A DNA stretch of 64,000 nt from an uncultured Methanoregulaceae archaeon. GTDB lineage: Archaea; Halobacteriota; Methanomicrobia; Methanomicrobiales; Methanospirillaceae. The position numbers and the translations under genes were made by a program. The DNA is taken from positions 64,001 through 128,000 of the forward strand of contig OY970343.1 of NCBI GenBank assembly GCA_963717525.1, read 5' to 3'. Shown in pieces: positions 12,150 to 23,307 of the stretch (within the stretch, counting starts at the first letter, position 1; each line of letters begins with the position of its first letter). The notes under the pieces were generated by a model. It did not search any database, was not told the DNA's origin, and worked only from the letters and a program-made list of their open reading frames with translations.

Positions 12150-12930
12150 CAATCTCGAGCGGGGTGGGGATGGTAAACCGGGTATTCTCCATCACCCGGG
12201 CGGCAAGATCCCGGTATACCGTTGCCTGCGCTGAAGCAGGCTCGTATTCGATCACTGTTTTACGGTTCAGCTCGGCGAGCTGCACGGTACGGTCCCGTGG
12301 GATGAACTGGACAAGGTGGCTGTTAACCCGGCGGGCAAATTCGGCCACCAGCTCCTCCTCCTTCGGCTGGTTCTTTGCGTTGCAGATAACACCGGCAAGC
12401 CGGCACCTGCTTTTCGGCCGGGAACTGAGGCGCTGGATCGCCTTGCAGATGTTATTGGCCGCGTACAGGGACATGAGTTCTCCCGAGGTCACGAGATAAA
12501 CTTCCTGCGCGTACCCCTCCCTCATCGGCATGGCAAAGCCGCCGCAGACCACGTCACCCAGCACATCGTAGACGATCACGTCGCCTGTGAGCGTCCCGAA
12601 CTTCTCCAAAAGCTGGAAGGTGGCGATGATCCCCCGGCCGGCGCAGCCGACGCCGGGCTCCGGCCCCCCGGCCTCGACGCAGCGGACCCCGTTAAAACCG
12701 GTATAGACTACATCGGCGGGTGATACCGATTCAGCACCCTGCTCGCGCACCAGGTCCATCACGGTCGGGATCAGCCGTCCCTGCATCAGCATGCGGGTGC
12801 TGTCGCGCTTGGGATCGCAGCCTATCTGGAGGATATCGTACCCTGCAAGCGAGAGGGCAGCGGAAAGGTTTGCCGATGTCGTGGACTTTCCGATACCGCC
12901 TTTTCCGTACAGGGCGATCTGTTTCATCAC
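12115..12930 (-). CDS. Nitrogenase iron protein (NifH)-like reductase
   Basis: [43 protein letters not shown] motifs. Confidence 0.93.
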   Translation of the reverse strand: MMKQIALYGKGGIGKSTTSANLSAALSLAGYDILQIGCDPKRDSTRMLMQGRLIPTVMDLVREQGAESVSPADVVYTGFNGVRCVEAGGPEPGVGCAGRGIIATFQLLEKFGTLTGDVIVYDVLGDVVCGGFAMPMREGYAQEVYLVTSGELMSLYAANNICKAIQRLSSRPKSRCRLAGVICNAKNQPKEEELVAEFARRVNSHLVQFIPRDRTVQLAELNRKTVIEYEPASAQATVYRDLAARVMENTRFTIPTPLEIDDLEALAIEFM

Positions 12931-13061
12931 CGTACTATGGGCCGGTAGTTTATATTAGATCTTCTGAAGTTAACAAAAGTAGATTTGCGTTTATGGCCCG
13001 CATGCGCTGGTCGGAGCCCCGGAACAGCGGCGAAAATCGATAAAAAGAGAGATGAACCGGG

Positions 13062-13442
13062 TTATGCCTTGTTGGTCCAGAGCCCGTGGACGCTGCAGAA
13101 TTCCCGGGCTTTCACGTTTGTATCATTGATCGGGAACTCTGCTTCAGGTTTCTCGCCGGGTTTGAGCCATCTGATATACGCATTGTCGCCGTAACGGACC
13201 TCGATCCACTGGATGTAGTGCTTCTCTTCCATCGGGTGGGGCACGGAACCGACTTTCACAAGAATTCCTTTTGCAGTCTTCTCTATCACCGGCACATGCT
13301 TCTCCTTGCCCTGGTCAGTGGTCTTTTCCTGCTGGAGGACCATCGGCTTCCCGCAGCACACCATCGTACCGCCGGATGCTCCGACTACCATCACGGTGTT
13401 CCCGCAGACCTCGCACTTGTAAACCTCGAAGAGTTTTGTCAT
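13062..13442 (-). CDS. dfx: Desulfoferrodoxin (2Fe superoxide reductase)
   Basis: CEVCGN...CCG, EKHVP, HPMEEKHYIQW, CSVHGLW motifs. Confidence 0.95.
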   Translation of the reverse strand: MTKLFEVYKCEVCGNTVMVVGASGGTMVCCGKPMVLQQEKTTDQGKEKHVPVIEKTAKGILVKVGSVPHPMEEKHYIQWIEVRYGDNAYIRWLKPGEKPEAEFPINDTNVKAREFCSVHGLWTNKA

Positions 13443-13459
13443 ATCGGCTGCTCCTTTTC

Positions 13460-14645
13460 TTACACGATGTTAATCTCTTTATGCTTCTTTAAGATTTCGT
13501 CGGCAAGCCGGTCAAGGGCCTGCATCGTCTCTTCACCGGGTTCGCCCAGTACCATGACCGGCGGGATCAGCTCGATTTTGATATGATCCAGCATCTTAGT
13601 GATCGTCTCGACGCTCTTGCCACCCCACCCATAGGAACCGATGACGGAGGCAAACCGGGTCTTGGGCCGGAGGGTGTTCGTGAGGTATGTCGCGGAGACA
13701 ACAGACGGGTGCGGGCCGAAGAGGACGGTCGGGGTAGCGATCACGACCGTGGCCGCGTCGACAAGGGCGAGAGCAAGTTCGCCGATGTCTGTCCGGGTGA
13801 GGTTAAAGGGTTTCACAACGATCCCCCGGGTGATGAGCGCCCCGGTGAGGTGATCCACCATCTTTGCGGTGCTGCCATGCATCGAAACGTACGGGATGAC
13901 CACCTCGTTTCTGACCGTATCCGATACCCAGTCCGCGTACGCGTCGAGGATAAACTGCGGATTCTTGTTGACCGGGCCATGGCTGGGTGCGATCATCGTT
14001 GGTGAGAGGGCCCTTACTTTCTCCACGTAGCCTTTGATGCTCCCGCGGAACGGCATCATGATCTCCGCATAATACCTTTTTGCCGAACGGCATGCCCATG
14101 CTTCATCCGTGATAAACAATTCAGTTGTGGCAGCGTGGAATCCGAACAGGTCACAGGGGAAGAGGATCTTATCCTCGACGAGGAACGTGATCTGGGTCTC
14201 GGGCCAGTGCGTCCATGGCGTAATGAAGAACCGGAGCGTCCGGTCGCCGAGTGACAGTGTCTCCCCGTCCACTATCCCCTTAAAGCGTTCCTGAGGGACA
14301 TGCAGCAGGGCAACAAGGAGATCCCGGCACTTGGCATTCGTGACCACCTGTGCTTCCGGGTAGAACTCCAGGATCATCGGAAGTGAACCGGAGTGGTCCT
14401 GCTCGGCATGGTTGATCACGACATAATCGATGCGTTCCACGCCTAGTTTCACGAGGTTTGAGATCAGATCGTATTCCTTCGAGGGATCGACCGTATCGAT
14501 AAGGGCAGTCTTCCCGCTGCCCTTGATAAGGTACGCGTTGTAACTCGTCCCTTCCGGCAGCGGGATCAGCTCATCAAAGATCCGCCGGTCAACATCAAAA
14601 GCCCCGACAGAATGTACCTCCAGAAACAAGTTCACGGGAGACCAT
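13460..14645 (-). CDS. fprA: Flavodiiron protein (FprA family); probable frameshift near 14620
   Basis: GTSYNAYL, NHAEQDHSG, HWPE, flavodoxin SMHGST and GSYGWGG motifs; the likely start (MVSRELV) is in another frame. Confidence 0.9.
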
Positions 14646-14908
14646 AATAACCACCAGCATTTAACCGGCTGTGTTAAACTGGTTTTTCGGCACAACAGGC
14701 CGGCCATATCCAGTCTTACTTGCCGGACGTCATCCTCGAGACCGGCCTGCTTTCCTTAAAGCGGCTCGCGTTTTGGGGTTAGGGACAGGACAGATTATGC
14801 ATAGGTACCGGTCCACTAAAACCATATTCTCTCCTGACAGGTAGATGTAGAGTACCGCAGGGAATAACCGTTTCGATAGTGCTCACGAAGGGTTATTGTG
14901 CTGTTTTC

Positions 14909-15418
14909 CTAGGGAATAATGCCCCATACAGGAAGACCGGAGTTCAAAAGGACGATCTGCAGATTGGCATAGCAGATAATCAGCATCAGGATCAGGCACG
15001 GGACCATAAAGAATGCAGAAGTCACCGCAGATCGCAGGCTCTGTACAAGTGTGCAGACCATCACGGCGACGACCATCACCATGATGACGAACGCAAAGAA
15101 GAGTGCCTGAAGGAAGAAGAAGGAACCAAACCAGAGTAAAAATACGATAAGTGTGAACACAAAGAGATGTAATGCTGCCCTGACTTCGTTATGGTTGAGC
15201 CCGGCGTTCCATATGGAATACAGCGAGAGGCCTAGGAGACAGAAGATGATAATGATTGCATAAAAGACAATAAGGTTTGAGGGAAGAAAATCGGGCTTTT
15301 TCAGGCTGGAGTACCACCCGGGTATCGACGTAGTGAAGAGATAAAGAGCCACATACCCCGGAATAAGACATGCTACAAGGGATGCAATAAGCCTGCCGTA
15401 ATGATGCTCTTTTTTCAT
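14909..15418 (-). CDS. TspO/MBR family membrane protein
   Basis: WYSSLKKPDFLP motif; five hydrophobic segments. Confidence 0.75.
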   Translation of the reverse strand: MKKEHHYGRLIASLVACLIPGYVALYLFTTSIPGWYSSLKKPDFLPSNLIVFYAIIIIFCLLGLSLYSIWNAGLNHNEVRAALHLFVFTLIVFLLWFGSFFFLQALFFAFVIMVMVVAVMVCTLVQSLRSAVTSAFFMVPCLILMLIICYANLQIVLLNSGLPVWGIIP

Positions 15419-15679
15419 TGTATGAGCGGTATATTGCTCCCGGAGGGGTATAAAGATTATGAATCTTGTCATGGGCAGATCGTCCTTCCTGCCGATGAGA
15501 GATCAGGTAAAAACGGGGTCTGTTACCGGTTATCACCTTCATGCACCTCCTCTACGAAGAAACCGGGAGATCATCCTCGCGTGAGGTGCCCGGAGGTCTT
15601 CTTCAGGATTCAGCTGGAGGTACGGCACATGGACCGGGTGCAGGGATCGCCCCAAGTTTGTGTAACGGCCTGAAAAAAA

Positions 15680-16650
15680 TTATGATGTGGCGTTGTTGAT
15701 GGTAAACGACGAAGTCAGTGATCCAGTCGTACCGTCAGAAGTTATAACCTGGACATTATATACTCCCGGGGTTGCCGAATCAGGTATTGCGAGGGTGCAG
15801 CTGATCGAGGTTGACCCGCTAACTGCGGGGTTTGTACAGGGAATCTGCGTCAACCCGTCAGAGGAAACCAGGTTCACCAGTTGTGCATTTGTAAAGGTCT
15901 GTCCATTAAGGGTCAGGGTATATGAAGATCCAGGGTTTCCGCTCGTGGGAGTGATACTGCTGATAGTCGGTGACGCAAGACCGATGGTAAATGCGCTCAT
16001 AAGTGACATGGATTGCCCATCAGGATTGATGACCTGGATATTTGCCGGGCCTGCATTCAGGCCAGCTAGGTTAACGGAACAGGTAATCTGCGTGGAGGTT
16101 ACCGAAACGCCTGAGGCTGTGACCGGCTGGAGCCCCGGCTGGATCAGGCGGACCGTTGCCCCGTTCACGAAGTTGCTCCCGGTAATAGTAAGGGAAACAC
16201 TCGTACCGATCGCGCCGGTTGTGGGGGATACCGTGGACGCGATCGGCCCGTTGCCCGAGGGGGTGGTCGTCACCGCGGTGGGGACGGTTGGGGTTGCGTA
16301 GGTGACCGATGCGACAGAGACCTGGGTGAGTAAGACCGGATATAATTTCTCCGTATCGATACGGGTGTCAGTTGTTGTTATTCCCGTTTCTTGGCTCCAT
16401 GTGCCGTCAGAATTTTTCTCAACCAGCACACGCCCGTACAGGTCACTGGTAGAATCATAGGATGTGATAAGCCAGATGAGCGATGACGCGTTATTTGTAA
16501 CAATATCCCCGGCTGAGTATTTTGCCCGGCCGGTGTGGCAGGGACGGTAGCGGTCTTTGTGGCGGTACTCTGGCTTGAACAGCCGGCGAGAAGTACACAC
16601 ACGATAAGAAGCAGACCCAGCAGGAGTCCGTAACAAGATTTTGCTGTCAT
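15680..16650 (-). CDS. Secreted lipoprotein with two IPT/TIG Ig-like domains; apparent frameshift near 16525
   Basis: LLAGCS lipobox, Thr-rich linker, SVSPTTG..LTITGSNF and SITPTSG..LTLNGQTF repeats. Confidence 0.75.
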
Positions 16651-16808
16651 GACATTACGTTCTGCGCACAGAAGGATAAAAATTTGGTTTGGCAGAACTG
16701 CAGCCTGCCATGCCAGTTAACCTGCATCTCTCATCAGGTTATACTCCCTTTTATCGTGCCCTGGATGCGGTTTTAAGCGTCCGGGCAAGCACGTGTTCCT
16801 TTACCCGG

Positions 16809-17644
16809 CTATTTTTCCGGCAGCACGATGGTTGTATAGTGGCGGGAGAAGTGCCAATGTACTATTATGAGGACAACCGTGACCACAATCCCGCAGAGAA
16901 TTACGACCGGGCTGATCGGGCCGAGATACGCCGGATCGATACGGGCGTTCAGGAAGACAACGAGACCTGAGGTGACCACAATAATGGTCGCATAGACATC
17001 ACGGACGGCAAAGAAAAAGAATGCAGCTATGCAGCCGGCCACAAAAAACCCGGTAAAGACTCCCGGAAGTCCGGGCCGGCAAACAGGATCGACAGGGAGA
17101 GGGCAAAGATGAGTGCCGTTATCACTACCCCGGTAATGACAGAGACTATCACACCCTCGCTGCGGAAATAGGCCTGGACATGGGTCCCGACGAGCACCCA
17201 GCAGATCATCACTGTTGCGATAGCTATAGGGAGAAGGAGCATGAAGAGCGTGGCGCACTCCACCCGGTTAAGGCCCTCTATACCCGGCGTGCCCGTGATG
17301 ATAAAGAAGGCATACCCGGCAAGGGCAGTGAGGCTGACGGCAGCCACCGTGCGGCGTGCTGACCGGAAACCGATCTGGAACATGTTGACGGCCCCCGAAA
17401 GGAACGCAGCCCGTATCCGCACGATGGGTACAATGATACCTACAAGGATTCCGGCAAGGACGGTGTAGAGCACAAGACCCGGAACACTTGCCTGCTGGAA
17501 GAGGCGGGTGGTTCCGGCAAGCAGGTAATTTTCCAGCAGCCAGATAAGGACAATAACAAGGGGGGTAAGGACCAGGGTCACCAGGGAAGAATACCGGGAA
17601 CCCTGCTGTGATCCTGTCGCGTCGTCTGTTCTGGTTTCGTCCAT
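16809..17644 (-). CDS. Multi-pass membrane protein; apparent frameshift near 17045
   Basis: Many hydrophobic segments spread over two overlapping ORFs. Confidence 0.6.
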
Positions 17645-17723
17645 GTGCCCATTCCCGTCGCGGCCCCCGGTCATGTGACATCATTACCCGTGACGCCGGG
17701 CCGATACCGTGCCGGGATAATCG

Positions 17724-18572
17724 TCACTTCGCAGCTTCAAAAAGGTCACGGATCCGGCGCGTACGGTCCTCGGGTGCGAGATCCCGGGTCGGATACCGGT
17801 CGTCGAAGGTGGGGAAGGCCCGCTCGTAAAACACCCCGAGCGCGATGGGGGCGTCGCGGTTATAGTCCCATTCCCGTGCTTTTGCACACGCCTTCTCAAA
17901 ATCAGCGGTATCGTGACCGGCAAGGTCGTACACCCGGGACTGGTAGTAATCGGTCATGTTAAAGAAGCTCGCGCAGATCTGGAGGACATCGATAAAGGCA
18001 AAACCCTTGTGGGCAATTCCCTGGTGGATCAGCTGCGCCAGCTGTGGCATCTTTTTCGTGTATCCCCGCGCGATGTAGGTGGCTCCACCTGCAAGCATCA
18101 GTTCCAGGGGGTTGAACGGGTACTCGGTCGTTCCTGCCGGGGTGGATTTTCCCCTGAACCCCAGGGGAGACGTGGGGGTGTACTGCCCGGTAGTGAGGCC
18201 ATAGACCCGGTTGTTGTGGACGATCATCGTGATATCGATATTTCTCTTTGCGGCAAAGATCAGGTGGTCGAGACCCTCGGCGTACGCATCCCCGTCTCCT
18301 GCGCAACAGATGACCGTCAGCCTGGGATTGGCAAGCTTGATCCCCGTCGCCACCGGGATCGTCCGCCCGTGGAGCGTATAGACCGAATTGATGGCGAGGT
18401 AATCGGCCATCTTCGCATGGCACCCGATCCCCGTAACCAGCACCACGTCGTCCAGGGACCCGCCCTCTTTTTCGAGGCCGGCAAGGAGGTCCTTGAGCGT
18501 ATGCTGGAGGGCGAAGTTGCCGCAGCCGGGACACCAGGTGTTCTGCGCAGGAGTGATCAGGTTCCGGGTCAT
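17724..18572 (-). CDS. korB: 2-oxoacid:ferredoxin oxidoreductase beta subunit
   Basis: TWCPGCG, GIGC, HGR, GDGD, NNRVYGLTTGQ motifs. Confidence 0.9.
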   Translation of the reverse strand: MTRNLITPAQNTWCPGCGNFALQHTLKDLLAGLEKEGGSLDDVVLVTGIGCHAKMADYLAINSVYTLHGRTIPVATGIKLANPRLTVICCAGDGDAYAEGLDHLIFAAKRNIDITMIVHNNRVYGLTTGQYTPTSPLGFRGKSTPAGTTEYPFNPLELMLAGGATYIARGYTKKMPQLAQLIHQGIAHKGFAFIDVLQICASFFNMTDYYQSRVYDLAGHDTADFEKACAKAREWDYNRDAPIALGVFYERAFPTFDDRYPTRDLAPEDRTRRIRDLFEAAK

Positions 18573-20227
18573 GGGGTGATCACCTCCTGCACCCGTCGGG
18601 CCAGTTCTTCAGGAGTGAAGGGGCGGCCATCATATTTGAGGATCGTTGCCTCAGCCCCCACGCCGTGCTCCCGGGCAAGTGCAGCGAGCTGCCCGGTGGC
18701 ATTTTCCTCGACAGCAATCAGGTGCTTCACCCCGTGGCATGCAGCAGAAAACTGCTGGTCCGGGAAGGGGAAGAGCACCACGGGCTGGATAACCCGCAGC
18801 CCAAGCCGCGCTGCCATTTCGTCGCAGGCATTGCGGACCGAGCCCCAGCAGAGGAGGGCGGTCGTGGCATCGGCTGTGCCCCGGACGCTGACACACGGGT
18901 ACTGGTTCAGCTCATCCCTGAGTCCCGTCTCCTTTCTCCGGCGTTTCTCGGTCATCCGGGTAACCAGTGCCGCGTCCTCGGTGGTAATCCCGTCCTCGTC
19001 ATGTGCATAGCTGTTCACCTTGACCACCGCGTCTTTCCTGCCCGGGAAAGCGAGGGAGGAGATTCCTGTTGGGGTATCGAGGTACCTCCGGTAGGGACCT
19101 TCCCCGTCCCAGAGCACGGGAGTTGGGGCCGGCAGAGCACCGAGTTTTTCGTAATCGAGGCTGTAGGTTCCTTCAGAAAGGGTCTTGTCGGCGAGCACGA
19201 ATGCCGGAATCTGGTATTTCCATGAAAGGTGGATCGCAGCGGTCGACCAGAGATATGCCTCACCGGGATCGGCAGGTGCTACGACAAGCCGGGGAAACTC
19301 GCCCTGCCCGGCATGCAGGACGAACCGGAGATCCGCCTGGCCGGTGTAGGTTGGGAGGCCGGTTGACGGCCCTGTTCTCTGGGAGACCACGATCACGATC
19401 GGGATCTCGGCCATACCAGCAAACGACACCCCTTCGGTCATCAGGCAGAACCCGCCTCCCGATGTCCCGACCGCTGTTTTTGCCCCGGCGGTCGCGCTCC
19501 CGAGGCCCATCAGGATGACAGCGATCTCGTTCTCCGGGTGGATCACCTTCATTCCGAAACGCTCCGCATTCCCCGCAAGGAAGTGGAGCAGGGTTGAGGC
19601 CGGCGTCATCGGGTAGGCAATATACGCAGAAAGGCCGCCGGCGACAAGGCCAAGCCCGATCGCCTCGTTGCCGGAGAACAGGCTGTGCGCCGGGCCGGGA
19701 ATCGCCGGTACCGGCCGGGCGGTCTGTACCTGGTCATACGCCCTCTTCGCAACCCTGATGTTCTCGTCTGCCGCCTTTGGCATATGCCGGTGGAACACTT
19801 CCGCGACGATCTCCCAGGAAATGCCTGCAGATTTTGCAAAAGCTCCGATCATCGCCGAGTTCCCGGTGATGGGTGGCGCGGATTCCTCCTTTATGATGGC
19901 ATTTACGGAAACGGTCTGGCCGCGTGGCAGTGATTTTACCTGGTCCGCGTTTGCCACTACGGTGCAATCCGGGCAGTGCGGGAGGTGCAGGGTGACGGTC
20001 TCCTGGTTGAGTGCCACAAGGTAATCGATACGGTCGTTGTATGCACCGACGGGTGTATCCGCCGCACGTATAAGGGCAAAATTGTGGCCCCCGCGGATGA
20101 GCGATGGGTAATCGGTATACATATAGACATAATAGCCGAGATGGTTGAAGAGCTGGGCAACCAGTGCCCCGGCGTTGTTGATCCCGTCACCGGCCCTGCC
20201 GCCTACGAGCACGGATACTTCCTTCAT
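18569..20227 (-). CDS. korA: 2-oxoacid:ferredoxin oxidoreductase alpha (gamma-alpha fused) subunit
   Basis: GGRAGDG, SLIRGGHN, YPMTPA, ENEIA, QRTGPSTGLPT motifs. Confidence 0.9.
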   Translation of the reverse strand: MKEVSVLVGGRAGDGINNAGALVAQLFNHLGYYVYMYTDYPSLIRGGHNFALIRAADTPVGAYNDRIDYLVALNQETVTLHLPHCPDCTVVANADQVKSLPRGQTVSVNAIIKEESAPPITGNSAMIGAFAKSAGISWEIVAEVFHRHMPKAADENIRVAKRAYDQVQTARPVPAIPGPAHSLFSGNEAIGLGLVAGGLSAYIAYPMTPASTLLHFLAGNAERFGMKVIHPENEIAVILMGLGSATAGAKTAVGTSGGGFCLMTEGVSFAGMAEIPIVIVVSQRTGPSTGLPTYTGQADLRFVLHAGQGEFPRLVVAPADPGEAYLWSTAAIHLSWKYQIPAFVLADKTLSEGTYSLDYEKLGALPAPTPVLWDGEGPYRRYLDTPTGISSLAFPGRKDAVVKVNSYAHDEDGITTEDAALVTRMTEKRRRKETGLRDELNQYPCVSVRGTADATTALLCWGSVRNACDEMAARLGLRVIQPVVLFPFPDQQFSAACHGVKHLIAVEENATGQLAALAREHGVGAEATILKYDGRPFTPEELARRVQEVITP

Positions 20228-20319
20228 AGAGATTCCCTTCACATCTCTGGTGTTTCCGGGAACGGTATATAGGTTGGGATAGGTGCGATCTTCGGGATTA
20301 TTTGTCTTTAAAAAAAGCG

Positions 20320-20709
20320 TTAATTCTTCTGGATCATGCTCTCAAGCAGCGTTTTCATCTCGTTGATCCGGTAGGGTTTGGTGAGCCTGCCGGAAAAGCC
20401 ATAATTTGCATAATCCTGCATGACAGGGTCATTGGTATATCCGCTTGACACGATGGCCTTGACGCCGGGATCATAGCTGCGGAGTTTCTCCACGGTCTCC
20501 CGGCCGCCCATCCCTTCGGGAATGGTGAGGTCGATAATGACAAGATCAAACGGCCGGCCCGCCTCATTTTCCTGTCTGTACAGCCCGATCGCTGCTCCCC
20601 CCTCTTTTGCAAAGGCAGCATCGTACCCGAGGAACCGGAGAACCTCCCGGGAAACATCAAGAATGATCTCCTCATCATCCATCAGGAGCACCTTTCCTTT
20701 ACCTGCCAT
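20320..20709 (-). CDS. Single-domain response regulator receiver
   Basis: LLMDDEE, DLVIIDL, SSGY, KP motifs. Confidence 0.9.
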   Translation of the reverse strand: MAGKGKVLLMDDEEIILDVSREVLRFLGYDAAFAKEGGAAIGLYRQENEAGRPFDLVIIDLTIPEGMGGRETVEKLRSYDPGVKAIVSSGYTNDPVMQDYANYGFSGRLTKPYRINEMKTLLESMIQKN

Positions 20710-20859
20710 TCTTTTCTCCTCTCGTGTAATACTTCACCGAGGCGTACTATATAGTTTCCCCCGTCGCAGGTGCGTGGACCGCCGGGACCGGCAGGGATCC
20801 TGCCCCTCCTTCACTGGCCGGGAAGGCAGATCGGGCCGGAGTACCGGTACGCTTCATCG

Positions 20860-21141
20860 TTATTTTGCTTTTTTCAGTGCCCGCAGCCGTGCGGCCTCTT
20901 CTGCATCCTGTACCCGCAGGAGGAAGGTCCCGTGGCAGGGCTTGGTGTACGGGAAGATGACAAAATCCCCGTCAAGGCCGACCGCGATAGGGGGGACACC
21001 AATAGTATGGACATCAAATATCTTGAATCCCGGTTCGACATCGATCGATTCGGAAAAATGACTTTTGATATACTCCCGGCATTCCTTGAAGGACGCGTCG
21101 CGGATCAGGATCTCGTAATTGAGCGCTTCTACGCAGCCCAT
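20860..21141 (-). CDS. DUF1894 family methanogen protein
   Basis: MGCVEALNYEIL, IGVPPI, FPYTKPCHGTF motifs. Confidence 0.8.
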   Translation of the reverse strand: MGCVEALNYEILIRDASFKECREYIKSHFSESIDVEPGFKIFDVHTIGVPPIAVGLDGDFVIFPYTKPCHGTFLLRVQDAEEAARLRALKKAK

Positions 21142-21600
21142 GGTGCCACCTCGTCGATCGCTTTTTTCAGCGGCAGGGGATTGTGCACGGCCTTTGCCGC
21201 AATTTTTGTACAGGGGAAGGTGATCTGGCCAACCAGATCTTCCTGATGCTCGCCATAGATCAGGACAAAAAGGCGTGCTTTGGAGATTGCAGCCATCGTT
21301 GCCGCGTAGCTGATCCCTGCATCGTTGTGGATGAACACAAAACACTGGTCAAAATCCCGTTTCTTCTCGACGATTTGGGCGACAACCCGGTCAAGGTCCG
21401 TAACCTCCCCCAGGTAGTGCCGGTCGGGATCGGCAACGAAAAGCAGGGTGTTTGCCGCCTTGTTCCCGGCGATTATCGGGGTTATTCCCGAGGATTTGAG
21501 CCGGCTTATCAGGGTACAGCGCGATACTTGTCTGCACGGGCACCTGCGGGCACCCCAGAACGAGAAGGGCAGTTTTCGAAGAGTGGGTATCTGGTTCCAT
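21129..21600 (-). CDS. DUF1890 family protein; apparent frameshift near 21510
   Basis: LLVLGCPQVPVQ, FIHNDAGISYAAT, AVHNPLPL motifs; usual partner of DUF1894. Confidence 0.75.
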
Positions 21601-21688
21601 GACCGGCACCGGTTATTTATACAGCTATTTTCGCCCGAGGCAATAATCCTGTGTATCCTTCCCCATCGAACCTCATGAGGGGAACGGA

Positions 21689-22021
21689 TCAGGGGGTGTC
21701 ACCGGTTTCCTTCCGTACCCAGTCGAGATACGGTGTATACCCCGAGGTCACCGGGACCACGATAATCTCCGGGACCTCGTAGGAGTGCATTGACCGGAGG
21801 GCGGCAACCGCCGCATCCGCACGGGCTTTTGTGGTCTTTGCGATCAGCAGGTGCTCGGGTTCCCGGCAGACATTCCCTTTCCACCGGTACGTGGACCGGG
21901 CCGGGAGAATACTGACGCAGGCCACCAGCCTGCGGCTCACCAGTTCCTCTGCCAGTACCGCTGCATTATCCGGTGCTGCCGTGCAGAGGATCATCACGAT
22001 ATCCGTTGCCATGCCTGCCAT
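21689..22021 (-). CDS. cutA: Divalent-cation tolerance protein CutA
   Basis: LVACVSI, STYRWKG, HSYEVPEI, YLDWV motifs. Confidence 0.92.
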   Translation of the reverse strand: MAGMATDIVMILCTAAPDNAAVLAEELVSRRLVACVSILPARSTYRWKGNVCREPEHLLIAKTTKARADAAVAALRSMHSYEVPEIIVVPVTSGYTPYLDWVRKETGDTP

Positions 22022-22159
22022 CTTCCCGGGATCCCGCTGGTCCCCCTCATGCCACCGGTTCGCTCGCACCCGATATTAAAGATCCCTCCTGTTCTGTCCT
22101 TCCGGTATCCCCTTTTGATCGTTAATTACTAGAGCCTGCGACTCGAACGTATACTACCT

Positions 22160-23307
22160 ATGTACTCAACACGCATGAGCAATCTCCCGCCGTATCTTTT
22201 TGCACGGATTGACGAGATGAAAGCAGAGCAGCAAAAAAAAGGTGTTGATATCATTGACCTGGGTGTTGGCGATCCGGATCTCCCTACGCCACCGCATATC
22301 GTTGCCGCTCTCTGTGCCGCAGCGCAGGACCCACATAACCACCATTATCCCTCGTACGCCGGATTGCCAGCCTACCGGGAGGCAGTTGCCGGCTGGTACC
22401 ACCAGAGATTTGGGGTGAAACTCGATGCCTCAAAGGAGACCCTCGCCCTGATGGGCTCCAAGGACGGGATCACCCATATCGGGGAAGCGTTCGTGAACCC
22501 GGGTGATTACGTGCTTGCCCCGAGCCCCGGGTACCCGGGTATTCGACCGGCACCCTGTTTGCCGAAGGTAAAGTCCACGAGATGCCGCTTTTACGGCAGA
22601 ACCATTTCCTCCCGGTTCTTGACGATATACCAAAGAAGATCGTGCGCTCTGCAAAGCTCCTGTTCATCAATTACCCCAATAATCCCACCGCCGCCGTGGC
22701 ACCGCTCTCGTTCTATCGCGAGGTGGTGGATTTTGCCGCGGACAACAATATTGTCGTGGTCTCGGACAACCCCTACTCGGAAGTTGCGTTTGAAGGCTAC
22801 CTCGCCCCGTCATTTCTGGAGGCACAAGGGGCAACGGAAGTCGGGGTCGAGATGCACTCGCTCTCCAAGACCTACAACATGACCGGCTGGCGTATCGGGA
22901 TGGCAGTGGGAAACGCTGAGATCCTCTCCGGTCTTGGCCGGGTCAAGACCAATGTCGACTCCGGGGTCTTCAACGCCGTCCAGTATGCCGCGATCGCTGC
23001 GCTCTCGGGCCCGCAGGATTGTGTCAGAGAGGCCTGCGCCACCTACCAGGAGCGCCGGGACGTGCTGGTGTCCGGGCTCCGCGAGCTGGGCTTTGATGTT
23101 CCTCTCCCGAAAGCAACCTTCTATGTCTGGGTGCCGGTCAAAGACTGCATGTCCTTTGCGGCAAAACTCCTCAACGAGGCCGGCATCGTGGTGACGCCAG
23201 GCATCGGCTTTGGCTCTGCGGGAGAGGGCTACGTGCGGTTTGCGATTACCCGTCCGGTAGAGCGGATCAAAGAGGCCATCGGGCGCATGCGGAGGCTATC
23301 CTTGTGA
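22160..23307 (+). CDS. dapL: LL-diaminopimelate aminotransferase; apparent frameshift near 22540
   Basis: LPPYLFARID, GSKDG, NYPNNPT, SLSKTYNMTGWRIG motifs; directly upstream of lysA. Confidence 0.88.

Noticed and set aside
9985..12930. True nifHDK, or cfbCD of F430 biosynthesis
   Set aside because: The subunits are too short and lack FeMoco ligands and nifEN/nifI. There are two distinct component-1 genes and no CfbD-type N-terminus.
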